Assembly (NCBI GenBank): GCA_964016885.1
Contig: OZ024744.1
Location: 127,596,001 to 127,660,000, forward strand
Direction: 5' to 3'
Origin: Eledone cirrhosa
Taxonomy: Eukaryota
DNA: 64,000 nt
Shown: in pieces, positions 12,201-24,200 of the stretch
Position numbering within the stretch: position 1 is the stretch's first letter
Layout: every line of letters begins with the position of its first letter
Notes under the pieces: generated by a model
What the model saw: only the letters and a program-made list of their open reading frames with translations
Told to the model about the DNA's origin: nothing
Database searches by the model: none
Position numbers and translations under genes: made by a program

Positions 12201-15200
12201 GTTAAGTTGGGGGTAAGTTAAGTTGGGGTTGAGTTAAGTTGGGGTTAACTTAAGTTGGGGTTAAGTTGGGGTTAAGTTAAGTTGGGGTTAAATTAAGTTG
12301 GGGGTTAGTTAAGTTGGGGCAAGTTAAGTTGGGGTTAATTTAAGTTGGGGTTAAGTTAAGTTGGGGTTATGTTAAGTTGGGGTTAAGTTAAGTTGGGGTT
12401 AAGTTAAGTTGGGGGTAAATTAAGTTGGGGTTAAGTTAAGTTGGGGGTAAGTTAAGTTGAGGGTAAGTTAAGTTGGGGTTAAGTTAAGTTGGGGTTAAAT
12501 TAAGTTGGGGGTAAGTTAAGTTGGGGGTAAGTTAAGTTGGGGTTAAGTTAAGTTGGGGTTAAATTAAGTTGAGGTTAAGTTAAGTTGGGGTTAAGTTAAG
12601 TTGGGGTTAAGTTAAGTTGGGGGTAAGATAAGTTGGGGCTAAGTTAAGTTGGGGCTAAGTCAAGTTGGGGTTAAGTCAAGTTGAGGTTAACTTAAGTTGG
12701 GGTTAAGTTAAGTTGGGGTTAAGTTAAGTTGGGGTTAAGGTAAGTTGGGTTTATGTTAAGTTGGGGCTAAGTTAAGTTGGGGCTAAGTTAAGTTGGGGCT
12801 GAGTTAAGTTGGGGTTAAGTTAAGTTGGGGTTGAGTTAAGTTGGGGTTAAGTTAAGTTGGGGTTAATTTAAGTTGGGGTTAAGTTAAGTTGGGGTTAAGA
12901 TAAGTTGGGGTTAAGTTAAGTTGGGGTTACGTTAAGTTGGGGTTGAGTTAATTTGGGGTTAAGTTAAGTTGGGGTTAACTTAAGTTGGGGTTAAGTTGGG
13001 GTTAAGTTAAGTTGGGGGTAGGTTAAGTTGGGGGCAAGTTAAGTTGGGGTTAAGTTAAGTTGGGGTTAAGTTAAGTTGGGGGTAAGTTAAGTCGGGGTTA
13101 AGTTAAGTTGGGGTTAAGTTAAGTTGGGTTTAAGTTAAGTTGGGGCTAAGTTAAGTTGGGGCTAAGTTAAGTTGGGACTGAGTTAAGTTGGGGGTAAGTT
13201 AAGTTGGGTGTAAGTTAAGTTGGGGTTCAGTTCAGTTGGGGTTAAGTTAAGTTGGGGTTAAGTTAAGCTGGGGTTAAGTTAAGTTGGGGTTTAGTTAAGT
13301 TGGGGTTAAGTTAAGTTGGGGTTAAGTTAAGTTGGGGTTGAGTTAAGTTGGGGTTAAGTTAAGTTGGGGTTAAGTTAAGTTGGGGTTAAGTTAAGTTGGG
13401 GGTAAGTTAAGTTGGGGGTAAGTAAAATGGGGGCAAGTTAAGTTGGGGTTAAGTTAAGTTGGGGTTAAGTTAAGTTAGGGTTAATTTCAGTTGGGGTTAA
13501 GTTAAGTTGGGGTTAAGTTAAGTTAGGGTTAATTTAAGTTGGGGTTATGTTAAGTTGGGGTTAAGTTAAGTTGGGGTTAAGTTAAGTTGGTGTTAAGTAA
13601 AGTTGGGGTTAAGTTAAGTTGTGGGTTAAGTTAAGTTGGGGTTAAGTTAAGTTGGGGTTAAGTTAAGTTGGTGTTAAGTAAAGTTGGGCTTAAGTTAAGT
13701 TGGGTTTGAGTTAAGTTGGGGCTAAGTTAAGTTAGGGCTAAGTTAAGTTGGGGTTAAGTTAAGTTGGGGCTAGGTTAAGTTGGGTCTAAGTTAAGTTGGG
13801 GTTAAGTTAAGTTGGGGTTAAGTTAAGTTGGGGTTAAATTAAGTTGGGGTTAAGCTAAGTTGGGGTTAAGTTAATTTGCGGTTAAGTTAGGTTGTGGGTT
13901 AAGTTAAGTTGGGGTTAAGTTAAGCTGGGGTTAAGTTGGGGTAAGTTAAGTTGGGGGTAAGTTAAGTTGGGGTTAAGTTAAGTTGGGGTTAAGTTAAGTT
14001 GGGGTTAAGTTAAGTTGGGGTTAAGTTAAGTTGGGGTTGAGTTAAGTTGGGGTTGAGTTAAGTTGGGGTTAAGTTAAGTTGGGGTTAAGTTAAGTTGGGG
14101 TTAAGTTAAGTTGGGGGTAAGTTAAGTTGGGGGCAAGTTAAGTTGGGGTTAAGTTAAGTTGGGGTTAAGTTAAGTTGGGGTTAAGTTAAGTTGGGGTTAA
14201 GTTAAGTTGGGGTTAAATTAAGTTGGGGTTAAGTTAAGTTGGGGTTAAGTTAAGTTGGGGTTAAATTAAGTTGGGGTTCAGTTAAGTTGGGGTTAAATTA
14301 AGTTGGGGTTAAGTTAAGTTGGGGTTAGTTAAGTTGGGGTTAAGTTAAGTTGGGGTTAATTTCAGTTGGGGTTATGTTAAGTTGGGGTTAAGTTAAGTTG
14401 GGGTTAAGTTAAAGTTGGGGTTAAGTTAAGTTGGGGTAAAGTTAAGTTAGGGTTAAGTTAAGTTGGGGTTAAGTTAAGTTGGGGTTAAATTAAGTTGGGG
14501 TTAAGTTAAGTTGGGGTTAAGTTAAGTTGGGGTTAAATTAAGTTGGGGTTCAGTTAAGTTGGGGTTAAATTAAGTTGGGGTTAAGTTAAGTTGGGGTTAG
14601 TTAAGTTGGGGTTAAGTTAAGTTGGGGTTAAGTTAAGTTAGGGTTAATTTAAGTTGGGGTTATGTTAAGTTGGGGTTAAGTTAAGTTGGGGTTAAGTTAA
14701 GTTGGTGTTAAGTAAAGTTGAGGTTAAGTTAAGTTGTGGGTTAAGTTAAGTTGGGGTTAAGTTAAGTTGGGGGTAAGTTAAGTTGGGTGTAAGTTAAGTT
14801 GGGTGTAAGTTAAGTTGGGGTTAAGTTAAGTTGGGGTTCAGTTCAGTTGGGGTTAAGTTAAGTTGGGGTTAAGTTAAGCTGGGGGTAAGTTAAGTTCGGG
14901 TTAAGTTAAGTTGGGGTTAAGTTAAGTTGGGGTTAAGTTAAGTCGGGGTTAAGTTAAGTTGGAGTTAAGTTAAGTTGGAGTTAAGTTAAGTTGGGGTTAA
15001 GCTAAGTTGGGGTTCAGTTAAGTTGGGGTTAAGTTAATTTGGGGCTGAGTTAAGTTGGGGTTAAGTTAAGTTCGGGTTGAGTTAAGTTGGGGTTAAGTTA
15101 AGTTGGGGTTTAGTTAAGTTGGGGTTAAGTTAAGTTGGGGTTAAGATAAGTTGGGGTTAAGTTAAGTTGGGGTTAATTTAAGTTGGGGTTGAGTTAATTT

Positions 15201-18200
15201 GGGTTTAAGTTAAGTTGGGCTTAACTTAAGTTGGGGTTAAGTTGGGGTTAAGTTAAGTTGGGGTTAAGTTAAGTTGGGGGTAAGTTAAGTTGGGGGCAAG
15301 TTAAGTTGGGGTTAATTTAAGTTGGGGTTAAGTTAAGTTGGGTTTATGTTAAGTTGGGGTTAAGTTAAGTTGGGGTTAAGTTAAAGTTGGGGTTAAGTTA
15401 AGTTGGGGTAAAGTTAAGTTGGGGTTAAATTAAGTTGAGGTTAAGTTAATTTGGGCTTAAGTTAAGTTGGGGTTAAGTTAAGTTGGGGGTAAGATAAGTT
15501 GGGGCTAAGTTAAGTTGGGGCTAAGTCAAGTTGGGGTTAAGTCAAATTGAGGTTAACTTAAGTTGGGGTTAAGTTAAGTTGGGGTTAAGTTAAGTTGGGG
15601 TTAAGGTAAGTTGGGGTTAAGTTAAGTTGGGGCTAAGTTAAGTTGGGGCTAAGTTAAGTTGGGGCTGAGTTAAGTTGGGGTTAAGTTGGGGTTGAGTTAA
15701 GTTGGGGTTAAGTTAAGTTGGGATTAAGTTAAGTTGGGGTTAAGTTAAGTTCGGGTTGAGTTAAGTTGGGGTTAAGTTAAGTTGGGGTTAATTTAAGTTG
15801 GGGTTAAGTTAAGTTGGGGTTAAGATAAGTTGGGGTTAAGTTAAGTTGGGGTTAAGTTAAGTTGGGGTTGAGTTAATTTGGGGTTAAGTTAAGTTGGGGT
15901 TAACTTAAGTTGGGGTTAAGTTAAGTTGGGGTTAAGTTAAGTTGGGGGTAAGTTAAGTTGGGGGCAAGTTGAGTTGGGGTTAAGTTAAGTTGGGGTTAAG
16001 TTAAGGTGGGGGTAAGTTAAGTTGGGGGTAAGTTAAGTTGGGGGTAAGTTAAGTTGGGGTTAAGTTAAGTTGGGTTTAAGTTAAGTTGGGGCTAAGTTTA
16101 GTTGGGGTTAAGTTAAGTTGGGGGTAAGTTAAGTTGGGGTTGAGTTAAGTTGGGGTTAACTTAAGTTGGGGTTAAGTTGGGGTTAAGTTAAGTTGGGGTT
16201 AAATTAAGTTGGGGGTTAGTTAAGTTGGGGCAAGTTAAGTTGGGGTTAATTTAAGTTGGGGTTAAGTTAAGTTGGGGTTATGTTAAGTTGGGGTTAAGTT
16301 AAGTTGGGGTTAAGTTAAGTTGGGGGTAAATTAAGTTGGGGTTAAGTTAAGTTGGGGGTAAGTTAAGTTGAGGGTAAGTTAAGTTGGGGTTAAGTTAAGT
16401 TGGGGTTAAATTAAGTTGGGGGTAAGTTAAGTTGGGGGTAAGTTAAGTTGGGGTTAAGTTAAGTTGGGGTTAAATTAAGTTGAGGTTAAGTTAAGTTGGG
16501 GTTAAGTTAAGTTGGGGTTAAGTTAAGTTGGGGGTAAGATAAGTTGGGGCTAAGTTAAGTTGGGGCTAAGTCAAGTTGGGGTTAAGTCAAGTTGAGGTTA
16601 ACTTAAGTTGGGGTTAAGTTAAGTTGGGGTTAAGTTAAGTTGGGGTTAAGGTAAGTTGGGTTTATGTTAAGTTGGGGCTAAGTTAAGTTGGGGCTAAGTT
16701 AAGTTGGGGCTGAGTTAAGTTGGGGTTAAGTTAAGTTGGGGTTGAGTTAAGTTGGGGTTAAGTTAAGTTGGGGTTAATTTAAGTTGGGGTTAAGTTAAGT
16801 TGGGGTTAAGATAAGTTGGGGTTAAGTTAAGTTGGGGTTACGTTAAGTTGGGGTTGAGTTAATTTGGGGTTAAGTTAAGTTGGGGTTAACTTAAGTTGGG
16901 GTTAAGTTGGGGTTAAGTTAAGTTGGGGGTAGGTTAAGTTGGGGGCAAGTTAAGTTGGGGTTAAGTTAAGTTGGGGTTAAGTTAAGTTGGGGGTAAGTTA
17001 AGTCGGGGTTAAGTTAAGTTGGGGTTAAGTTAAGTTGGGTTTAAGTTAAGTTGGGGCTAAGTTAAGTTGGGGCTAAGTTAAGTTGGGACTGAGTTAAGTT
17101 GGGGGTAAGTTAAGTTGGGTGTAAGTTAAGTTGGGGTTCAGTTCAGTTGGGGTTAAGTTAAGTTGGGGTTAAGTTAAGCTGGGGTTAAGTTAAGTTGGGG
17201 TTTAGTTAAGTTGGGGTTAAGTTAAGTTGGGGTTAAGTTAAGTTGGGGTTGAGTTAAGTTGGGGTTAAGTTAAGTTGGGGTTAAGTTAAGTTGGGGTTAA
17301 GTTAAGTTGGGGGTAAGTTAAGTTGGGGGTAAGTAAAATGGGGGCAAGTTAAGTTGGGGTTAAGTTAAGTTGGGGTTAAGTTAAGTTAGGGTTAATTTCA
17401 GTTGGGGTTAAGTTAAGTTGGGGTTAAGTTAAGTTAGGGTTAATTTAAGTTGGGGTTATGTTAAGTTGGGGTTAAGTTAAGTTGGGGTTAAGTTAAGTTG
17501 GTGTTAAGTAAAGTTGGGGTTAAGTTAAGTTGTGGGTTAAGTTAAGTTGGGGTTAAGTTAAGTTGGGGTTAAGATAAGTTGGGGTTAAGTTAAGTTGAGG
17601 TTAAGTTAAGTTGGAGTTAAGTTAAGTTGGGGTTAAGCCAAGTTGGGGTTAAGTTAATTTGCGGTTAAGTTAGGTTGTGGGTTAAGTTAAGTTGGGGTTA
17701 AGTTAAGCTGGGGTTAAGTTGGCGTAAGTTAAGTTGGGGTTAAGTTAAGTTGGGGTTAAGTTAAGTTGGGGTTAAGTTAAGTTGGGGTTAAGTTAAGTTG
17801 GGGTTGAGTTAAGTTGGGGTTGAGTTAAGTTGGGGTTGAGTTAAGTTGGGGTTAAGTTAAGTTGGGGTTAAGTTAAGTTGGGGTTAAGTTAAGTTGGGGT
17901 TAAGTTAAGTTGGGGGCAAGTTAAGTTGGCGTTAAGTTAAGTTGGGGTTAAGTTAAGTTGGGGTTAAATTAAGTTGGGGTTAAGTTAAGTTGGGGTTAAT
18001 TTAAGTTGGGGTTAAGTTAAGTTGGGGTTAAGTTAAGTTGGAGTTGAGTCAAGTTGGGGTTAAGTCAAGTTGGGGTTAAGTCAAGTTGGGGTTAAGTCAA
18101 GTTGGGGTGAAGTTAAGTTGGGGTTAAGTTAAGTGGGGTTAAGTTAAGTTGGGGGTAAGTTAAGTTGGGTGTAAGTTAAGTTGGGGTTAAGTTAAGTTGG

Positions 18201-21200
18201 GGTTCAGTTCAGTTGGGGTTAAGTTAAGTTGGGGTTAAGTTAAGCTGGGGGTAAGTTAAGTTCGGGTTAAGTTAAGTTGGGGTTAAGTTAAGTTGGGGTT
18301 AAGTTAAGTCGGGGTTAAGTTAAGTTGGAGTTAAGTTAAGTTGGAGTTAAGTTAAGTTGGGGTTAAGCTAAGTTGGGGTTCAGTTAAGTTGGGGTTAAGT
18401 TAATTTGGGGCTGAGTTAAGTTGGGGTTAAGTTAAGTTCGGGTTGAGTTAAGTTGGGGTTAAGTTAAGTTGGGGTTTAGTTAAGTTGGGGTTAAGTTAAG
18501 TTGGGGTTAAGATAAGTTGGGGTTAAGTTAAGTTGGGGTTAATTTAAGTTGGGGTTGAGTTAATTTGGGTTTAAGTTAAGTTGGGCTTAACTTAAGTTGG
18601 GGTTAAGTTGGGGTTAAGTTAAGTTGGGGTTAAGTTAAGTTGGGGGTAAGTTAAGTTGGGGGCAAGTTAAGTTGGGGTTAATTTAAGTTGGGGTTAAGTT
18701 AAGTTGGGTTTATGTTAAGTTGGGGTTAAGTTAAGTTGGGGTTAAGTTAAAGTTGGGGTTAAGTTAAGTTGGGGTAAAGTTAAGTTGGGGTTAAATTAAG
18801 TTGAGGTTAAGTTAATTTGGGCTTAAGTTAAGTTGGGGTTAAGTTAAGTTGGGGGTAAGATAAGTTGGGGCTAAGTTAAGTTGGGGCTAAGTCAAGTTGG
18901 GGTTAAGTCAAATTGAGGTTAACTTAAGTTGGGGTTAAGTTAAGTTGGGGTTAAGTTAAGTTGGGGTTAAGGTAAGTTGGGGTTAAGTTAAGTTGGGGCT
19001 AAGTTAAGTTGGGGCTAAGTTAAGTTGGGGCTGAGTTAAGTTGGGGTTAAGTTGGGGTTGAGTTAAGTTGGGGTTAAGTTAAGTTGGGATTAAGTTAAGT
19101 TGGGGTTGAGTTAAGTTCGGGTTGAGTTAAGTTGGGGTTAAGTTAAGTTGGGGTTAATTTAAGTTGGGGTTAAGTTAAGTTGGGGTTAAGATAAGTTGGG
19201 GTTAAGTTAAGTTGGGGTTAAGTTAAGTTGGGGTTGAGTTAATTTGGGGTTAAGTTAAGTTGGGGTTAACTTAAGTTGGGGTTAAGTTAAGTTGGGGTTA
19301 AGTTAAGTTGGGGGTAAGTTAAGTTGGGGGCAAGTTGAGTTGGGGTTAAGTTAAGTTGGGGTTAAGTTAAGGTGGGGGTAAGTTAAGTTGGGGGTAAGTT
19401 AAGTTGGGGGTAAGTTAAGTTGGGGTTAAGTTAAGTTGGGTTTAAGTTAAGTTGGGGCTAAGTTTAGTTGGGGTTAAGTTAAGTTGGGGGTAAGTTAAGT
19501 TGGGGTTGAGTTAAGTTGGGGTTAACTTAAGTTGGGGTTAAGTTGGGGTTAAGTTAAGTTGGGGTTAAATTAAGTTGGGGGTTAGTTAAGTTGGGGCAAG
19601 TTAAGTTGGGGTTAATTTAAGTTGGGGTTAAGTTAAGTTGGGGTTATGTTAAGTTGGGGTTAAGTTAAGTTGGGGTTAAGTTAAGTTGGGGGTAAATTAA
19701 GTTGGGGTTAAGTTAAGTTGGGGGTAAGTTAAGTTGAGGGTAAGTTAAGTTGGGGTTAAGTTAAGTTGGGGTTAAATTAAGTTGGGGGTAAGTTAAGTTG
19801 GGGGTAAGTTAAGTTGGGGTTAAGTTAAGTTGGGGTTAAATTAAGTTGAGGTTAAGTTAAGTTGGGGTTAAGTTAAGTTGGGGTTAAGTTAAGTTGGGGT
19901 TAAGGTAAGTTGGGTTTATGTTAAGTTGGGGCTAAGTTAAGTTGGGGCTAAGTTAAGTTGGGGCTGAGTTAAGTTGGGGTTAAGTTAAGTTGGGGTTGAG
20001 TTAAGTTGGGGTTAAGTTAAGTTGGGGTTAATTTAAGTTGGGGTTAAGTTAAGTTGGGGTTAAGATAAGTTGGGGTTAAGTTAAGTTGGGGTTACGTTAA
20101 GTTGGGGTTGAGTTAATTTGGGGTTAAGTTAAGTTGGGGTTAACTTAAGTTGGGGTTAAGTTGGGGTTAAGTTAAGTTGGGGGTAGGTTAAGTTGGGGGC
20201 AAGTTAAGTTGGGGTTAAGTTAAGTTGGGGTTAAGTTAAGTTGGGGGTAAGTTAAGTCGGGGTTAAGTTAAGTTGGGGTTAAGTTAAGTTGGGTTTAAGT
20301 TAAGTTGGGGCTAAGTTAAGTTGGGGCTAAGTTAAGTTGGGACTGAGTTAAGTTGGGGGTAAGTTAAGTTGGGTGTAAGTTAAGTTGGGGTTCAGTTCAG
20401 TTGGGGTTAAGTTAAGTTGGGGTTAAGTTAAGCTGGGGTTAAGTTAAGTTGGGGTTTAGTTAAGTTGGGGTTAAGTTAAGTTGGGGTTAAGTTAAGTTGG
20501 GGTTGAGTTAAGTTGGGGTTGAGTTAAGTTGGGGTTAAGTTAAGTTGGGGTTAAGTTAAGTTGGGGTTAAGTTAAGTTGGGGGTAAGTTAAGTTGGGGGT
20601 AAGTAAAATGGGGGCAAGTTAAGTTGGGGTTAAGTTAAGTTGGGGTTAAGTTAAGTTAGGGTTAATTTCAGTTGGGGTTAAGTTAAGTTGGGGTTAAGTT
20701 AAGTTAGGGTTAATTTAAGTTGGGGTTATGTTAAGTTGGGGTTAAGTTAAGTTGGGGTTAAGTTAAGTTGGTGTTAAGTAAAGTTGGGGTTAAGTTAAGT
20801 TGTGGGTTAAGTTAAGTTGGGGTTAAGTTAAGTTGGGGTTAAGTTAAGTTGGTGTTAAGTAAAGTTGGGCTTAAGTTAAGTTGGGTTTGAGTTAAGTTGG
20901 GGCTAAGTTAAGTTAGGGCTAAGTTAAGTTGGGGTTAAGTTAAGTTGGGGCTAGGTTAAGTTGGGTCTAAGTTAAGTTGGGGTTAAGTTAAGTTGGGGTT
21001 AAGTTAAGTTGGGGTTAAATTAAGTTGGGGTTAAGCTAAGTTGGGGTTAAGTTAATTTGCGGTTAAGTTAGGTTGTGGGTTAAGTTAAGTTGGGGTTAAG
21101 TTAAGCTGGGGTTAAGTTGGGGTAAGTTAAGTTGGGGGTAAGTTAAGTTGGGGTTAAGTTAAGTTGGGGTTAAGTTAAGTTGGGGTTAAGTTAAGTTGGG

Positions 21201-24200
21201 GTTGAGTTAAGTTGGGGTTGAGTTAAGTTGGGGTTAAGTTAAGTTGGGGTTAAGTTAAGTTGGGGTTAAGTTAAGTTGGGGGTAAGTTAAGTTGGGGGCA
21301 AGTTAAGTTGGGGTTAAGTTAAGTTGGGGTTAAGTTAAGTTGGGGTTAAGTTAAGTTGGGGTTAAGTTAAGTTGGGGTTAAATTAAGTTGGGGTTAAGTT
21401 AAGTTGGGGTTAAGTTAAGTTGGGGTTAAATTAAGTTGGGGTTCAGTTAAGTTGGGGTTAAATTAAGTTGGGGTTAAGTTAAGTTGGGGTTAGTTAAGTT
21501 GGGGTTAAGTTAAGTTGGGGTTAATTTCAGTTGGGGTTATGTTAAGTTGGGGTTAAGTTAAGTTGGGGTTAAGTTAAAGTTGGGGTTAAGTTAAGTTGGG
21601 GTAAAGTTAAGTTAGGGTTAAGTTAAGTTGGGGTTAAGTTAAGTTGGGGTTAAATTAAGTTGGGGTTAAGTTAAGTTGGGGTTAAGTTAAGTTGGGGTTA
21701 AATTAAGTTGGGGTTCAGTTAAGTTGGGGTTAAATTAAGTTGGGGTTAAGTTAAGTTGGGGTTAGTTAAGTTGGGGTTAAGTTAAGTTGGGGTTAAGTTA
21801 AGTTGGGGTTAAGTTAAGTTGGGGTTAAGTTAAGTTGGCGTTAAGTTAAGTTGGGGTTAAGTTAAGTTGGGGTCAAATTAAGTTGGGGTTAAGTTAAGTT
21901 GGGGTTAATTTAAGTTGGGGTTAAGTTAAGTTGGGGTTAAGTTAAGTTGGAGTTAAGTCAAGTTGGGGTTAAGTCAAGTTGGGGTTAAGTCAAGTTGGGG
22001 TTAAGTCAAGTTGGGGTTAAGTTAAGTTGGGGTTAAGTTAAGTTGGGGTTAAGTTAAGTTGGGGGTAAGTTAAGTTGGGTGTAAGTTAAGTTGGGGTTAA
22101 GTTAAATTGGGGTTCAGTTCAGTTGGGGTTAAGTGAAGTTGGGGTTAAGTTAAGATGGGGGTAAGTTAAGTTGGGGTTAAGTTAAGTTGGGGTTAAGTTA
22201 AGTTGGGGTTAAGTTAAGTTGGGGTTAAGTTAAGTTGGAGTTAAGTTAAGTTGGAGTTAAGTTAAGTTGGGGTTAAGCTAAGTTGGGGTTCAGTTAAGTT
22301 GGGGTTAAGTTAATTTGGGGCTGAGTTAAGTTGGGGTTAAGTTAAGTTCGGGTTGAGTTAAGTTGGGGTTAAGTTAAGTTGGGGTTAAGTTAAGTTGGGG
22401 TTAAGTTGGGCTTAATTTAAGTTGGGGTTAAGTTGGGGGTAAGTTAAGTTGGGGGCAAGTTAAGTTGGGGTTAATTTAAGTTGGGGTTAAGTTAAGTTGG
22501 GGTTATGTTAAGTTGGGGTTAAGTTAAGTTGGGGTTAAGTTAAGTTGGGGGTAACTTAAGTTGGGGTTAAATTAAGTTGAGGGTAAGTTAAGTTGAAGGT
22601 AAGTTAAGTTGAGGTTAAGTTAAGTTGGGGTTAAGTTAAGTTGGGGGTAAGTTAAGTTGGGTGTAAGTTAAGTTGGGGTTAAGTTAAGTTGGGGTTAAAT
22701 TAAGTTGAGGTTAAGTTAATTTGGGATTAAGTTAAGTTGGGGTTAAGTTAAGTTGGGGGTAAGATAAGTTGGGGCTAAGTTAAGTTGGGGCTAAGTCAAG
22801 TTGGGGTTAAGTCAAGTTGAGGTTAACTTAAGTTGGGGTTAAGTTAAGTTGGGGCTAAGTTAAGTTGGGGTTAAGGTAAGTTGGGGTTAAGTTAAGTTGG
22901 GGTTCAGTTAAGTTGGGGTTAAGTTAATTTGGGGCTGAGTTAAGTTGGGGTTAAGTTAAGTTCGGGTTGAGTTAAGTTGGGGTTAAGTTAAGTTGGGGTT
23001 AAGTTAAGTTGGGGTTAAGTTAAGTTGGGGTTAAGATAAGTTGGGGTTAAGTTAAGTTGGGGTTAATTTAAGTTGGGGTTGAGTTAAGTTGGGGTTAAGT
23101 TAAGTTCGGGTTGAGTTAAGTTGGGGTTAAGTTAAGTTGGGGTTAAGTTAAGTTGGGGTTAAGTTAAGTTGGGGTTAAGATAAGTTGGGGTTAAGTTAAG
23201 TTGGGGCTAAGTTAAGTTGGGGCTGAGTTAAGTTGGGGTTAAGTTGGGGTTGAGTTAAGTTGGGGTTAAGTTAAGTTGGGATTAAGTTAAGTTGGGGTTA
23301 AGTTAAGTTCGGGTTGAGTTAAGTTGGGGTTAAGTTAAGTTGGGGTTAATTTAAGTTGGGGTTAAGTTAAGTTGGGGTTAAGATAAGTTGGGGTTAAGTT
23401 AAGTTGGGGTTAAGTTAGGTTGGGGTTGAGTTAATTTGGGGTTAAGTTAAGTTGGGGTTAACTTAAGTTGGGGTTAAGTTAAGTTGGGGTTAAGTTAAGT
23501 TGGGGGTAAGTTAAGTTGGGGGCAAGTTGAGTTGGGGTTAAGTTAAGTTGGGGTTAAGTTAAGGTGGGGGTAAGTTAAGTTGGGGGTAAGTTAAGTTGGG
23601 GGTAAGTTAAGTTGGGGTTAAGTTAAGTTGGGTTTAAGTTAAGTTGGGGCTAAGTTTAGTTGGGGTTAAGTTAAGTTGGGGGTAAGTTAAGTTGGGGTTG
23701 AGTTAAGTTGGGGTTAACTTAAGTTGGGGTTAAGTTGGGGTTAAGTTAAGTTGGGGTTAAATTAAGTTGGGGGTTAGTTAAGTTGGGGCAAGTTAAGTTG
23801 GGGTTAATTTAAGTTGGGGTTAAGTTAAGTTGGGGTTATGTTAAGTTGGGGTTAAGTTAAGTTGGGGTTAAGTTAAGTTGGGGGTAAGTTAAGTTGGGGT
23901 TAAGTTAAGTTGGGGGTAAGTTAAGTTGAGGGTAAGTTAAGTTGGGGTTAAGTTAAGTTGGGGTTAAATTAAGTTGGGGGTAAGTTAAGTTGGGGGTAAG
24001 TTAAGTTGGGGTTAAGTTAAGTTGGGGTTAAATTAAGTTGAGGTTAAGTTAAGTTGGGGTTAAGTTAAGTTGGGGTTAAGTTAAGTTGGGGGTAAGATAA
24101 GTTGGGGCTAAGTTAAGTTGGGGCTAAGTCAAGTTGGGGTTAAGTCAAGTTGAGGTTAACTTAAGTTGGGGTTAAGTTAAGTTGGGGTTAAGTTAAGTTG

